From the human T2T-CHM13v2.0 reference genome, Homo sapiens: 64,000 nucleotides of DNA. Under the pieces are notes generated by a model. The model was not told the origin of the DNA. It saw only the letters and a program-made list of their open reading frames with translations, and ran no database searches. The translations under genes were made by a program, and so were the position numbers. The stretch is taken from NCBI RefSeq assembly GCF_009914755.1, contig NC_060935.1; one strand, given 5' to 3'. This document shows positions 22,380-44,177 of this stretch, one piece after another; within the stretch, counting starts at the first letter, position 1; each line of letters opens with the position of its first letter.

Positions 22380-22905
22380 CAGGAGTGTGGGTGCTCTAGA
22401 TTCCTGGAGATCTGCCTGAGTGTGGAGTAGAGAGGGCGCTGCTTTACCACAATCTCTGCACAGGAAGTGTCAGGCAGCTCAGGCTGCTGGTCCAGGTGAG
22501 TGGGTGCTCTTACTGCCTGAGCATAAAGCAGTAAGGGCCCCCCTTCACCAGGATCTCTGCACGGGAAGGGTTGGATGGCTCAGGCTGCTATTTAAGGTGA
22601 GTGGGTACTCCAAATGCCTGGAGATGTGCCTGGATATGGAGTGGAGAGTCCTCCCTGCCACCCCACAGCAGGACCTCTGCACAGGAGGGATGAGGTGACT
22701 CAGGCTGCTGATCCAGGAGAGCAGGTGCTCTGAATGCCTGGAGATCTGCCTGGGTATGAAGCAGAAAGGACCCCCCTGCACCAAGATCTCTGTACAGGAA
22801 GAATGGGATGGCACAGGCTGCAGAACCAGTGAGTGTATGCTCCAAATGCCCGGAGTTCTGCCTAGCTGTGGAGTGGAGAGGGCCTTGCTACACCATGATC
22901 TCAGG
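22380..22905 (-). repeat. Degenerate tandem array of ~110-120-bp units in the L1 5' UTR
   Basis: Recurring gatctctgcacagga...ctcaggctgctg...ggtgctc...tgcctggagatctgcctg. Confidence 0.8.
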
Positions 22906-23502
22906 GGAGCAGGCTTGGGCAACTAGCAGTGACACACACTGACCAGTTCCAGGTCACCGTGCTGGCCTTGGCTGCAAGTCTTATCACGCAGGAGAAACTG
23001 CAGCTGTCGCAGCTCTCCTCCTACCCCTGACCTGTGATAGGGGAAGAGCACAATTCCAGCACCTACTGCTGAGGTGCTTTCCACAATTCTGGCAGTAGAG
23101 GTTCCTACCCTGCTCCAGAGAAGGCACTCCAGCCTCTGGCCTCCAGCAGCCTGTGTGGCCACGCTGCCAGGTTGCTGAAGAATGATTGACTATATGTGAC
23201 TGGATTAAAAATGGTGTCCTGCTCTTGGTCCCAGGTCTGGGAAAACACCTGCAGCTTTTCCAGGTGTCTTTTCCTCTCAGCGCCTCCAAGCCTCTCCTTA
23301 GGTTAACTCCAGGACTTGGCAGAAACAAAGTGTTCTCCCTCACTCTGGGTTGCTTGGATCCCTAGTGGAAAGCTGAGTCACAGAGGGAGGCTTTTTGCCT
23401 CTCTTATGTATCAGAACTTCACTACTTTTATCAGCTGGACACCATTGCAGAGGCAGTTGGCTGGCACTCTCCTCCCTGGGATTATAAGGAGATCCCTCAT
23501 GA

Positions 23503-23844
<342 letters not shown>

Positions 23845-24226
23845 ACATAATTGATCTTTATGCACTATGTTACTATTTCCAAATGGCTGAGTGGCCGAGG
23901 CACAGAAAAAGCCTCTAATTCACCATGTTAAGGAAAGAAAAACAAATAATTGTTTTTAGTAGTCCATTTTGGAAGACAAAAATTAATTATTTGCTGTGCC
24001 CCTTTGTGCTCTTTTGATAAAAATAAATCTTTCTGAGACATATATCTTTGAGGAGAAGGTAACAGAGTAAATTATGGTGGAGGTGAAGAAGAGGATCAAA
24101 TTACCTGTCTTGAACTTTCATCCTGCTACAAAAACTACCGTTTTTTGGTTGTGGGAATTACAGATCACAGAGCAGGTATCAACCCGTATTTATGTTCCTG
24201 GGGACATCACTAGAGGATTCCAGGAC

Positions 24227-25177
24227 ATGGTAATAAGCAACTTTTGATGAATTTACATTGTGTGGGCTTTATGTCATTTACTTATTCAGATTCATGATCC
24301 TGGATCTGTTTGCCCTCATGACAGCCCTGAGTTGGCTGGTGGGGAGTGTAATTGTTCTTTAGCTCCTGGACTTCCTCATGTGCAGGAACACCTTCTCCAT
24401 CTACATCCCCAACCTGGCTGGGACTGACATGCTCCTCTTCTCCTGCAAAGTGGTGCAATCTGTAGAGGATCTTGTTTTTATCTTACACATTGTTGCTGTA
24501 TGCACTCCATTCTTCAGATCAATTGTGAAGTACTTCTCCTACGCAGTGGGCCTGAGTATACGCAGTGCCATTAGCACTGACTGCTGCTGTCCAGTCCTGT
24601 GCCCCAGGCAGGCACTGCTGCCATGTCTGAGACACATGTAAGCTGTCATGGGCCCTGTCCCTGGTGCTGAGCATCCTGGAAGGACAACCCTGTGGCTTAC
24701 AGTTTAGGGTCTTTAAAGACAGACTATATCAGGCTTTTGATTTCATCTCTGCCATCTGAGTGGTCTTTCTGTTTGTGGTTCTCACTAGGTCCAGTCTGAC
24801 TCTGCTGGTCAGTGTCCAGTGTGTTTCCCAGCAGACACAGCTGCCCAGGCTCTATGTGGTCATCCTGCTCACGGTTCTGGCCTTCTTTTCTATGATCTGC
24901 CCATTAGTATCCACTGGTTCCTATTTTGCTGGGCAGTGGTCTATCCCAAGAACATTAAGCCCTACCTGATTAGTTTAACTCTGTCCTGTCTGAAGAGCTA
25001 CACCAACCCCATCATTTACTCTTTGTTGGTTTCTTTAGACAGCATTGATATGTGAAGACCCTCAAGCTGATTTTCCAGAGGGCCCTGTGTGATGAGCAAG
25101 AGATAAAGCAGAGGGAAGCCAGCCTTCCCTTGGAAACAAAGGTGTCAGTAGGTGGTGCAATCAGTGGTGAAGAGTAG
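24227..25177 (+). pseudogene. MAS-related GPCR (MRGPR) pseudogene, divergent
   Basis: VIVL*LLDFLMCRNTFSIYIPNLAGTD (TM1-2), SAISTDCC (TM3), RLYVVILLTVL (TM6), NPIIY (TM7), LKLIFQRAL tail; stops and frameshifts; 5' flank resembles the MRGPRX coding-exon entry. Confidence 0.9.
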
Positions 25178-25184
25178 ATTTCAG

Positions 25185-25350
25185 AGTCAGAAAGACATGG
25201 GTTTGAGATCATGCTCTGTGACTTACTAGCTGTGTAGAGTTTTAAATTCTAAGTATTAATGTCTTCATTTATAATGTTGGGATGATAATGATCTATGTAT
25301 ATCATAGGGCAAGTGTGATAATCACATGAGATGATCTTTGTAAAGAAACA
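25185..25350 (+). mobile_element. MIR, split by the L1 (continues ~32040-32085)
   Basis: gggtttgaga...acttactagctgtgt...tcatttataatg; after the L1, tgctcaacaaatgttag. Confidence 0.6.
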
Positions 25351-25357
25351 AACACAG

Positions 25358-32035
<6,678 letters not shown>

Positions 32036-32284
32036 AAGAAACACAGAGCATGTCCGTAAGAAATGCTCAACAAATGTTAGTGATGATGATAATGATATTG
32101 ATAATGATGACAATAATAAAGATGTCAGTCTACATGGTGGAAAAAATTTCCTGAAAGAAACTGAGTGGTGAGAGGCCCTTCCCTGAAGATTAACCACAAC
32201 AATTTCCGCCCACTTACTCCTAGGGAAACAGTAGAAAGGGTTCTCCACCCCAGTCATTGAACCGATTCAATATGCCCATAGATA

Positions 32285-32583
32285 CATGTCCATATTCTTC
32301 TATCTGCAAATTCCAAATCCTTGAAACTCCAAAAACTAAAAGTTGTTTTGTAAATTTGGAACCAAAACTAACTGATCTGAAATGCTAAGAGGCAGAAAGT
32401 TATCTTTTAAAATCTCCCTTATTGGGCACATTCATAAGTTTCTTTGCAGAAATACTAATGTGTTTGATTATGCAGTGCTGCCTCAGATTCCACTAGGGGG
32501 TTAAATAACATTCAATGGAAGCACATATGATAATTTATAGATGATATTTGGATGTAAGGGTTTCCATTAGGAGTTTGGACCTG
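32285..32583 (+). mobile_element. Tigger-derived MITE (MER46C-like)
   Basis: Terminal inverted ca(t)gtcca...tggacctg; aaattccaaa...aaaactaaaagttg internal motif. Confidence 0.5.
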
Positions 32584-35198
32584 CATTTATAAAATGATGA
32601 AAGTTTGCCCTGCCAGGGACTGGGATGCTGGTGGCTACTCAGTCACAGATGTTCTTCAGTTTAGGATGAATGTACACACATCAGCACTGTTGTGAGGACT
32701 GTTGTGTTCCTAAATTTGGAAAAACTTTGAGGTTTTTCTCCCTGGGGAGCATGATTGACACAAATGAACATAACTAGGTAGTGGGGTTGTGTTGGTGGGA
32801 ATTTAGTGAGGATGAGATTCTGATTTGTTTTACTCTCTGCTTATGGAGACCTACAGAGAGCTGCAGGGGACAGAAAGAGGCCTCCCAATGGTGTGACTAC
32901 AGCCCTTATCCAATTGTGGGCTAAGTCCTATCACTCTTCACACATACCATTTGCTGTGATGCTGAACCTCAGATTGTCCAGAAGGGGGAGCTGAGAGAAT
33001 AAATCCATAGGTTCACAAGAAGCAGTAATGTGGTTATGAAATTGGTCCTGAGATTTCATTTTCAATTGTTAGAGATTCAGGGGTCACACCCACCTGGATC
33101 AACATGTCATATAGTTTGGCTTAACCCATATTAATAAAAATGTTTTTTTTTCACCTCTGGCAACTGGAGAAAACAAAATCTAGTCACCTTTTCAGACCCT
33201 CTGACATTTAACGTTCTGGCTCCTAGTTACCTTTCCATCTTCATTTATTACTATTCCAATTCTCCTATTTTCTGGGATCATCCTCCAAAACTCCACCCAT
33301 GGCAGACATGGTTAATAGATCCCAGGATGTTGTCTCATTGAGCCTATCTTGGGCTTAAAAATGAAATTCTTCTGAAAGCAGCATTTTGTAGACTTTGCAA
33401 TCAGATGCGGCTGGCACAAGAGATGAAATCTCCACATGGTCTAATGTTTCCTAAATAGTTTCTGCGTCTGTGCCAACAATTACCATGAGACTCGATTGCA
33501 TTTTCTTCTTTCCACCTCTTTTAGTTAAAAATCTTCTTGTCTTAAACTTACCCACCTTGAGGGATTGTTAGGATGATCAAATAATCAAAAAAGATAGTTA
33601 CCAGGAAATGGCCTCATTAGTGAGATGACATGCTATGTTAAGACAGGGGCTGTCCTCCTCAAATTCCAACCTTTTCTTTAAGTTTTTCCATCCATCACTA
33701 AACTTCTCTTCCTCTTCTCAGCTAGCTCTGAGGTAGTAGATATTGATCACAGACATCCTCTCTTTCCCTACTGCTGTAGGCTGGTGGAGGGCAGAGCTAT
33801 ATCTTGTCAACTTCTTTATTTCCCCAATGTCAGAGCCTGGGCAAGTGTGTTTTGCCTATACTGCTACCTGCTACATTCTCAATTAACTGGTTACTGGAGA
33901 GAAAGGGGCTGTGCATCCTCTGGAATTTTCAATGTAATGTTGACTAAAGTCACAGTGGACTCTGAATAACAGAGAGGTAGTGTAGGATAGGGCTGAATAA
34001 AATCATGTTGTGGTAGATGCAAGTTGGCATGGATCTCTAGCACAGAATGATTCTTTCAGGGGACAATTTTTACTACAGCTCTTTTTCTTTTCTTTCTTTT
34101 TTTTTTGCTGCTAGTAATTGACCCTACTTATCCCATGAATTTCAAATCTTTGTTAAAGTTTATCACATTCACCAAGGTTTTGTGTAGTGCATTTGAGTGC
34201 TTGTTTGTGTGTGAGATTTGATGGACTTTAATTTCACATTTGGTTTAATATGCTGCAAATATCAGAAGGAGTAAGCATGGAATAGAGTCCATTTAACAAA
34301 TAAAGACACAGAAATACATAGAGGTTAAGAAACTTGTCCAAGGTGGCAAACTAGCATCACCTGTTAGATGTTCTTTTTTTTTTTTTTCTGCCAACCATCC
34401 TGATTCTGGCAACCTGATTTTGCTCCATGTAGCTTCCAGCCTAACATCATCCTACCAGGTTCTTTTGTGTCTCTTCCCTTATTCTCTCTTCTTTCTCTTT
34501 TTTCAGAAGCAAAACCTAATTATTTGCATTTTCTCCCCTTTATTCTACCCTCATCCATCTTTGGAGTCCATCCATCACTGAACTTGGATGGAACCACCAA
34601 ACTATCTAGTTTGGGTTCTTCTTGACATCTATGTCTCCAGGGCTTCGCTTTCTTCTTTAAGTAGTTACTATCCTTGCCACATTTAATGAATATGTTTAAG
34701 CTTCCAGAAATCCTTCAAGGTAGAAGGCAGGGTGGTTAAAACCTGACAGTTTTCTGCTCATGTTTTTGGAACGTGACACCTGATGGTTGAGGTTGCTGAA
34801 GATGCACTCCAAAGATGCATGGGGGTAGAATAAAGGGGAGAAGATGGTGGTCCTTTTGGAATTTGGGTTGTGCCAACAAAACTGGCCAGTGCTTGAGGGG
34901 CATTTGCCCTAGGCCGTCGAACTTGCAGTCTCCATAAGATCCCTGTGTGGGGAAAGCAAGCTAAGTCCTAGTGTTGTACAACTCCAGGGGATGTCACCTA
35001 CATTGTGGCCTATGTGAGTCCTGCCCCTGGATTTGTGCAATGCACACCCTGTTGGGCAGCATGTGGTGGAACTGACTGAGGAGAGACCCTGTAAAGAGAG
35101 GAAGTCCACCTGTGGTCAGTACTTAAATGAAAGAGGAGACAGGGAAGAAAGGCCTGATACCACTACATGAGGTGCAGAAAAATAACTGAAATACTCCT

Positions 35199-35575
35199 TG
35201 TTATGGTTTGGCTGTGTCCCCACCCAAAATCTCATCTTGAATTGTAATCCCCATAATCCCCACATGTCAAGGGAGAGACCAGGTGGGGGTAATTGAATCA
35301 TGGGGGCAGTTTCCCCCATGCTGTTCTCATGATAGTGAGTGAGTCTCACAAGATCTGATAGTTTTATAGGGGGCTCTTCCCCCTTCACTCTGCCACTCTT
35401 CTCCCTGCTGCTTTGTGAAGAAGGTGCCTTGCTTTTCCTTCACCTTCTGCCATGATTGTAAGTTTCCTGAGGCCTCCCCGGCCATGCTGAACTGTGAATC
35501 AATTAAACCTCTATCCTTTATAAATTATACAGTCTCAGGCAGTTCTTCATAGCAGTGTGAGAACAGACTAACACA
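35199..35575 (+). mobile_element. MaLR solo LTR (MSTA/THE1-type)
   Basis: tgttatggtttggctgtgtccccaccc start, caattaaacc poly-A signal, gactaacaca end, 5-bp TSD ctcct/ctctt. Confidence 0.92.
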
Positions 35576-38209
35576 CTCTTTCAGAAATTGAAAGGGAGTA
35601 ACCAATCTGAGTCATACATTATTATACTTGAGGCATCTATGTTATTAAAAGTATGAGTGTATAAAAGGCACTTGTCCATGTATTTAATTTGTTCTCATTA
35701 AAAAAATCTAAGATGGACCATACCATATGATGAGGAGGGAGGGTCAGGATGGTCTGTATGATTTGAAGAGGTTCTTTACTTCCATCCAGGGTTCAGGGTC
35801 ATGCAAATATCAAGTTTCCTGGTACAGTTTTTCAAGCAGTTAGCTGTTCCTTTACTTGAACTTCCAGACCACCCAGATTAGAACAACCCCTCTTATTCTT
35901 ATTCTAATCTAAAAGCACATGATTATTAGGGCACCTGGCATTCTTTTTAGGAGCCTGAGAGCTCTGGAGGATGGAGTTTGTTTGCAAACTCTTCAGTGCT
36001 TGTAAGTGTTGCATGTACCTGATACCCACTATTTGTTCATTGGATTTGATGTAGCTCTGAATATTCTCTCCTGTTCAATGACTTCTGTTCCATGATTGTC
36101 TCTTCTGTGAAACAAATTTCTAGGCCATTTCTCTGTTTGATTTTCACTGGAGCTCCTATTAGTAACTTGCTTGATCTTCATTTCTCTTTCACTCAGACAG
36201 CTCCTCTCTGAGTCCGTCAAACTCACAGAACTGGGAAGGACCCCAGGGTCTCTTTAGATTCGTATCTTTACAGATGAAGGAACTGAGTCCCAGAGGGTGG
36301 AAGTGACTTCTCCAAGGCCACACAGAGAGTTTGGGCCTCAGGATCTCAGTCTGAGATTTTAGGCTCTTCCTGCCTTACTTTTTCCTCTGGTTCTTCCCCT
36401 CTGTCATTACCTCTTGTTTCATTTCACTTAACTCGTGGCTGGAATTGCCCCCAAAGTGGCAGCAGGGCCACAAGGGAATGCCCCAAACAATCCTGAGATG
36501 GGGGATTCCATCTCATTTAGTACTTCCAAGAAGTACTAAACACTAGAGGAAAGAGGTGTTGTACCTAGGTATAACCAGTATAACCACAGTGAAGGGGTCA
36601 GGGTGTGGAGATTTTATGAGGGTTTAAGGAATTTTGCTAAGATGCCAGGGACAGCTTCTTTCAGTGTTTTGGGCAACAACCTAGATACCTTTATCAGTGC
36701 CTGAGAATGTTTATAAGGCCCCAGTTTGGGTGCAAACATGCTAGGAAAAACCTGTAGCTGGCTGGGTCATAGAGTGGTCAAGGCATTGGGGGACCCTACA
36801 CCTCTCTTGGCCTCTTTCTCTATTTGGGTGATATTACTGGGGTAGGACCAACATGGATAATTCGCCCTTCCAGAAATAGAAAATGCAATGGAAAATAATT
36901 CTAGGGGCATGTCTGACATTGAGGCAGGTCTGCGGGAAGTGGTAGAACTGTCCAAACTGACTCATTTTGCTGAGATGTCTGGAAAATGGACAAAAGAACA
37001 ATCAGGGAAACACAGGCAGAACCACCTCTTTCTGCCTTGCTGCTTCTGCACCAGCCATGAGTCTATGTCTTTGCCTTTCTGTACCTGTCTCTCTCTCTGA
37101 TTTTCTTTCTTTCTATAGCTGTGTCTCTCTGGGTGTGTTTGTCTCTGTTCCTCTCACTGTTTCTTCTGTTCTCTCTCTGCTCCATTTTTGCCCCATCACA
37201 TCCTTCATGCCCACATAATAATTTAAAGAGGATTCTCAGCCAGTCCTCACAAACTTTCTTCTCTCTCTCTCTCTTTTTTTTTAACCTCCAAATTATCCCC
37301 TTCTCTGAAGTCCCTCCAAGTTTTTCTCTGATACTTTCTTCTTGTCCAAGGGTGAATATATGGAAATGGAATGTGTGATAGATGGGGAGATGGTTTCCTT
37401 CTCTCTCAGACTCTGTCCTGTGAACAGCTTTTTTGAGCACTGTTTACAAGTAAAGTGAGAGAGGGCAGTGTAGGAAGATGAGAAGAGCCTGGACAGAGTC
37501 TAGGATGCTGGGGTTTTAGAGAGTTAGTAAATAGCCCTTTCTTTCTCCACTTAACCTCTGAACCAGTTATGAAGTTGACAAGTGGCAAGTTAGTGGGAGG
37601 GCAAATTGTTATCTCAATTGCTCATAGAGTTATTGAATAACATGACTGAGACATATCATCAGGGAGATTCCTGATACTGGAACCTAGTGTTAGGCAAATG
37701 GAAGCTTCCGGTCACTGCACAGGTGGCACCAGGGTGCAGTGTACCTCAGTTATTTGTCTAAAATGAGGAAATAATGTTAGCACCCACCTCTTTGGGTTAT
37801 TGTGAACATTAAATGAGAAAAATGTACCTATTTCCTGGCACATATTAGGTGTTCAATCATTGTTAGCTGTTATTACTAGCCCAGATGCCAGCTATGCCCT
37901 TGTTCTCTGGCTCCCTGGATCTACCAGCATTCAAGTGCCTGCCTGGCATCCAGATCTTTATTCCTAAGGGGCCCAAGTCCTTAGGTGTCTTGCCTTGTAA
38001 GCTCATGCTTTCTGCAGTTGTTGTTTCCTGGTGCTGTTAAGTGTAAAATATATACTAGATTATAAAGACTTAATACAAAAAATAGAATATAAAATATCTC
38101 ATTAATTTTTTATATTGGTCACATAACAAAATGATAATATTCTGGATATAGCCTATAAAATATAAAATTACAAGGTGGCTCACATTTTATTTCTGTTAGT
38201 GCTATTTTA

Positions 38210-39555
<1,346 letters not shown>

Positions 39556-42500
39556 TGGGGAGGTAGAGCAAGATGGTGGACTAGAAGCCTCCACCGATCA
39601 TCTCCCCACGAAGGACACCATTTTAACAACTATCTACACAAAAAAGCACCTTCATAAGAACCAAAAATCAGGTGAGCACAGCACCTGGTTTTAACTTTGT
39701 ATCACTGAAGAGGTAGAAAAATCTGTCTTGAATTGCTGAGGTCACCCCTCCCCTCCCACTGTGGGGTGTGTGCTAGCAGAGGGAGAGTACAGCAATTATG
39801 AGGCATCAAAGTCATTGCTGTCTTGTTAGAGCAGAAAAGAAAACCGGACCAAACTCAGCTGACACTTGCCCATGGAGGGAGCATTTAAACCAGCCCTAGC
39901 CAGAGGGGAATCACTGATCCCAGCTGTTGGAATTTGAGTTTCTGCAAACCTTACTACCATGGCCTAAAGTGCTCTGGGGCTGTAAATAAACTTGAAAGGC
40001 AGTCTAGGCCATAAGGACTGCAACTTCTAGGCAAGTACTAGTGCTGAACTGGGCCCAGAACAAGTAGACTAGGGGAGCATGCGACCTACTGAGACACCAG
40101 CAAGGGCAGCAAAGGGAGTGCTAGTATCACTCCTCCCCTAACTCCAGGCTGTACGGTCCATAGCTCCAAAAGAGAACTCCTCCTTCCACTTGAAGAGAGG
40201 AGAGGGAAGACTGGGGAGGACTTTGTCTTGCATCTTGAAAACCAGCTCAGCCAACAGCAGGATAGGGTACTGGTCAGAGTCATCAGGCCCTCTTACCAGG
40301 CCCTGGCTACTGGGTGATTTTTCTAGATATGCCCTGGGGCCAGGAGGAAACCCATTGCCTTGAAGGGAAAAACCTAGTCCTGGCACCATTCATCACCTGC
40401 TAACTGAAGAGCCCTTGGGCCCTGAATAACCATCAACAATACCCAGGTACTATGTTGAAGGCCATTCTTCAGCGATCTGGCAGTGGGGCCACACAGGCAT
40501 TTTAGTCTCAGGCCAGAGATTGGAGTCCTTACTCTGGAGCAGGTTAGGAGCCTCTATGGCCAGAACTGTGGAAAATGCCTCAGCAGTAGGTGCTAGAATT
40601 GTGCTTTCCCCCATCACAAGCCTGGGGTGGCAAGAGAGCTGATACAGCTGCGGTTTCTCCTAGGTGGTGAGACTAGGGCCAGCGCCAGCTTGGTGATCTG
40701 GAACCAGTCTGCATGTGTCATTTCTGGGTACTCCAGCCTGCTCCCCTGAGACTGTGGTGTAGCAGGGCCCACTCTGCCCAATATCCAGGCAGAAATCCAG
40801 GTATTTAGAATACCCATTTTCCTGGACCAGCAGCCTGAGCTACCCTACCCTTCATGGGCATAGATCAAGGTACAGCAAGGCCCTCTTTGCTCCATGCCCA
40901 GGTAGATCTCCAGGGATTCAGAGCACCCGCTCATCTGGATTAGCAACCTGAGCAGCCCCACCCTTCCTGTGCAGAGATCCTGGTTCGTGGAGGCCCTCAC
41001 TGCATCACATCCAGGTATACCTCCAGGCATCTGGAGCACTTGCTCTTCTGTTTCAGCAGGCTGAGCTATCCCACCCTTCCTGGACATAGATTATGATACA
41101 GTGAGGCCCTCTCTACTTTATGCCCAGGTAGACCTCCAGGCATCTGGGACACCTACTCTTCTGGATTAGCAGTTTAGGCCACCCCCATCCCCATGCAGAG
41201 AACTTGGGGCCAAGGAGGTTTCCCAGCTCCACACCTAGGCACACCTCAGGGCACTTGGTGGCTGCCCACTGGATGCTGGTGTGTGTGTCTCCTACTGGGT
41301 GACCCGTAGGTGGAACTGCATGATTGGGCTCTGCCCATCTTGGTCTCCATCCATCTCGGCTCCCACCCATCTTAGTCTCTGCCTTCCTGGGGCTGAACAG
41401 GGAGCTCAAACCACTGTGCACTTTAGGAAGCAGCCCACAGCGTGAGGCGATAGGGAATTTCTCTCAGTAAGAAAGAATCAAGTACATACCTAGCATTGTT
41501 GGCCACAGCCATCTCTTACCTGTAAGTGCCATCTACTGGCTTGTAGGTTGAACTGCACAACCTAATATAAAACCTGCCAACAGATGTGCATAGTGCTATA
41601 GAAGCAAAGCCAAAAATCCTACTCAGCATTCTCTGCAGTCCCATCCCCTAGTGAGAGAGGAAAGGGAAAGGGAAAGGGAAAGAAAAAAAAAAAACCCCAA
41701 TAATATTACATATGAAGACGGAAAAAAATCAAAATAATTACCAAAATTAGAAATGCCAGCAACCCCAGATAAGAAGGAGGCTGCATAAGAATTCTGGCAC
41801 CATGAAAAATCTGAATGCTGTGACACTACCAAAGGATCACACTAGATCTCTAGCAATGGTCTCTAACCAAAATGGAAACTCAGAAATGACAGATAAAGAA
41901 TTCAAAGCATTGATCACAGGGAAGCTCAGTGAGATCCAAGACAAGGTTGAAAATCAACACAAAGATACTTCTAAAGCAATCCAGAAAATGAAGGAAGAGA
42001 TAAACATCCTAAGAAGAAATCAATCAGAACTTCTGGAATTGAAAATCTCACTTAAGGATTTTCAAAATATAATTGAAAGCTTTATCTATAGACTAGACTA
42101 AGCAGATAAAAGGATTTCAGAGCTTGAAGACTGCTCTTTTCAACTAACCTGTTAGACAAAAATAAAGAAAAAAGAATTTTATAAAGTGAACAAAGTCTTC
42201 AAGAAATGTGAGATTATGGAAAGTGACCAAACCTATAAATTATAGGCCTTCCTGACAGAGAAGGAGAAAAAGTAAAGAACCTGGAAAAATATTTGAGAAA
42301 ATAATTTAAGAAAATTTCCCTAATCTGGCTAGAGAGGTAGACAGCCAGATATAAGAAATCCAGAGAACACTTGCAAGATACTATACAAAACAAACATCAT
42401 CAAGGCATATAGTCACCAGATTGTCCAAATATCAATGCCAAAGAAAAAAATCTTAAAGGCAGCAAAAAGAAAAGGTCAGGTCACATGCAAAGGGAACCCA

Positions 42501-44177
42501 ATCAGGATAACTGTGGCCTTCTCAGCAGAAATATTATAAGCTAGGAGAGATTGGGGGTCTTTTTTCAACATTCTTAAAGAAAAGAAATTTCAACCAAGAA
42601 TTTCATATCCCACCAAGCTAAGCTTCATAAGCAAGGGAGAAAGAAAATAATTTCCATATAGGCAAGTGCTAGGGGAATTTTTTTGCCATTAGACTAGCCT
42701 TACAAGAGATCCTTAAGGGAGTTCTAAATATGGAAACAAAAAAATGATACATGTTACCACCAAAAACGCGCTTAAGCACATAGCCCACAGACTGTGTAAA
42801 GCAACCACGCAATAGAAACTACAAAGCAACCAGCTAACAACTTAATGACAAGATCAAAATATCACACATCAATACTAACCTTATATGTAAATGGTCTAAA
42901 TGCCCCCAGTACACTTGTATGCAAATGATCGAAATGCCCACAACTTGCTCCTGAATGACCTTTGGGTAAACAATGAAATTAAGGCAGATATCAAAAAATT
43001 ATTTGAAATAAATGAACACAAAGACACAACATACCAAAATCTCTGGGATGCAGCAAAAGCAGCATTAAGAGGAAAATTTATAGTGCTGAACAACTACCTC
43101 AAAAGTTAGAAAGGTCTTAAATTAACAATGGTCTAAGTGTCCCACTTTAAAGAAACAGAGTGGCAAGTTAGATTAAAAAAGACCCATTCATTTGCTGTCT
43201 TCAAGTGAGCCATCTCACACATAATGACACCCATATCCTCAAAGTAAAGGGTTTGAGAAAGGTCTACCATGTAGATGAAAAACAAAAAACAACAGTGGTA
43301 ACTACTCTAGTATCAGATAAAACAGACTTTAAATCACCAACAGTAAGAAAGGACAAAGAAGGGCATTACAAAATAACGAAGGGTTCAATTCAATAAGAGG
43401 ACTTAACTATCCTAAATATGTGTGTACCCAACATTGGAATATCCAGATTCATAAAACAAGTACTTCTGGATCTACAAAAAGATTTAGACAGCCACACAAT
43501 AACAGTGGGGAACTTCAACACTCCACTGTCATCATTAGACAGATCACTGAGTCAGAAAACTAACAAAGAAATTACGGATTTAAACTGGACATTTGACCAA
43601 TTGAACCTAATCGAGATCTACAGAACACTCCACCTATCAACCATGGAATATACATTCTTCTAATCTACACATAGAACATACTTTAGGATTAACCACATGC
43701 TTGGCCATAAAGAAAGTTTCCATAAATTCAAACAAATTGAAATACCAGCGATACTCTCAGACCACAGTGGAATAAAAATAGAAATTAATACCTAGAAGAT
43801 CTCTCAAAACTACATGATTACATGGAAATTAAACAACTTGCTCTCGAATGACCTTTGGGTAAACAATGAAATTAAGGCAGATATCAAAAATTTCTTTGAA
43901 ATAAATGAAAACAGAGACACAACATACCAAAATCTTTGGGATGGAAAAAAAGCAGCATTAAGAGGAAAGTGTAGTGCTAAACCCCTACCTTGAAAGTTAG
44001 AAAGATCTAAAATTAACAATCCAATATCACACCTAAAAGACCTAGGAAAACCAGAACAAACTAATCCTAAAGCCAGTAGAAGAAAAGAAATATCTAAAAT
44101 AAAAGCAGAACTGAACAAAATTGAGACCCAAAAATCCATACAAAGCATCAACAACAAAAAGAAAGTTCGTTGTTTGA

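Noticed and set aside
22380-22905. CRISPR-like repeat-spacer array
   Set aside because: Units are degenerate along their whole length with no unique spacers, and lie in an L1 5' UTR in eukaryotic DNA.
36560-36800. Possible old LTR fragment
   Set aside because: Could not recognise termini or a family with confidence.
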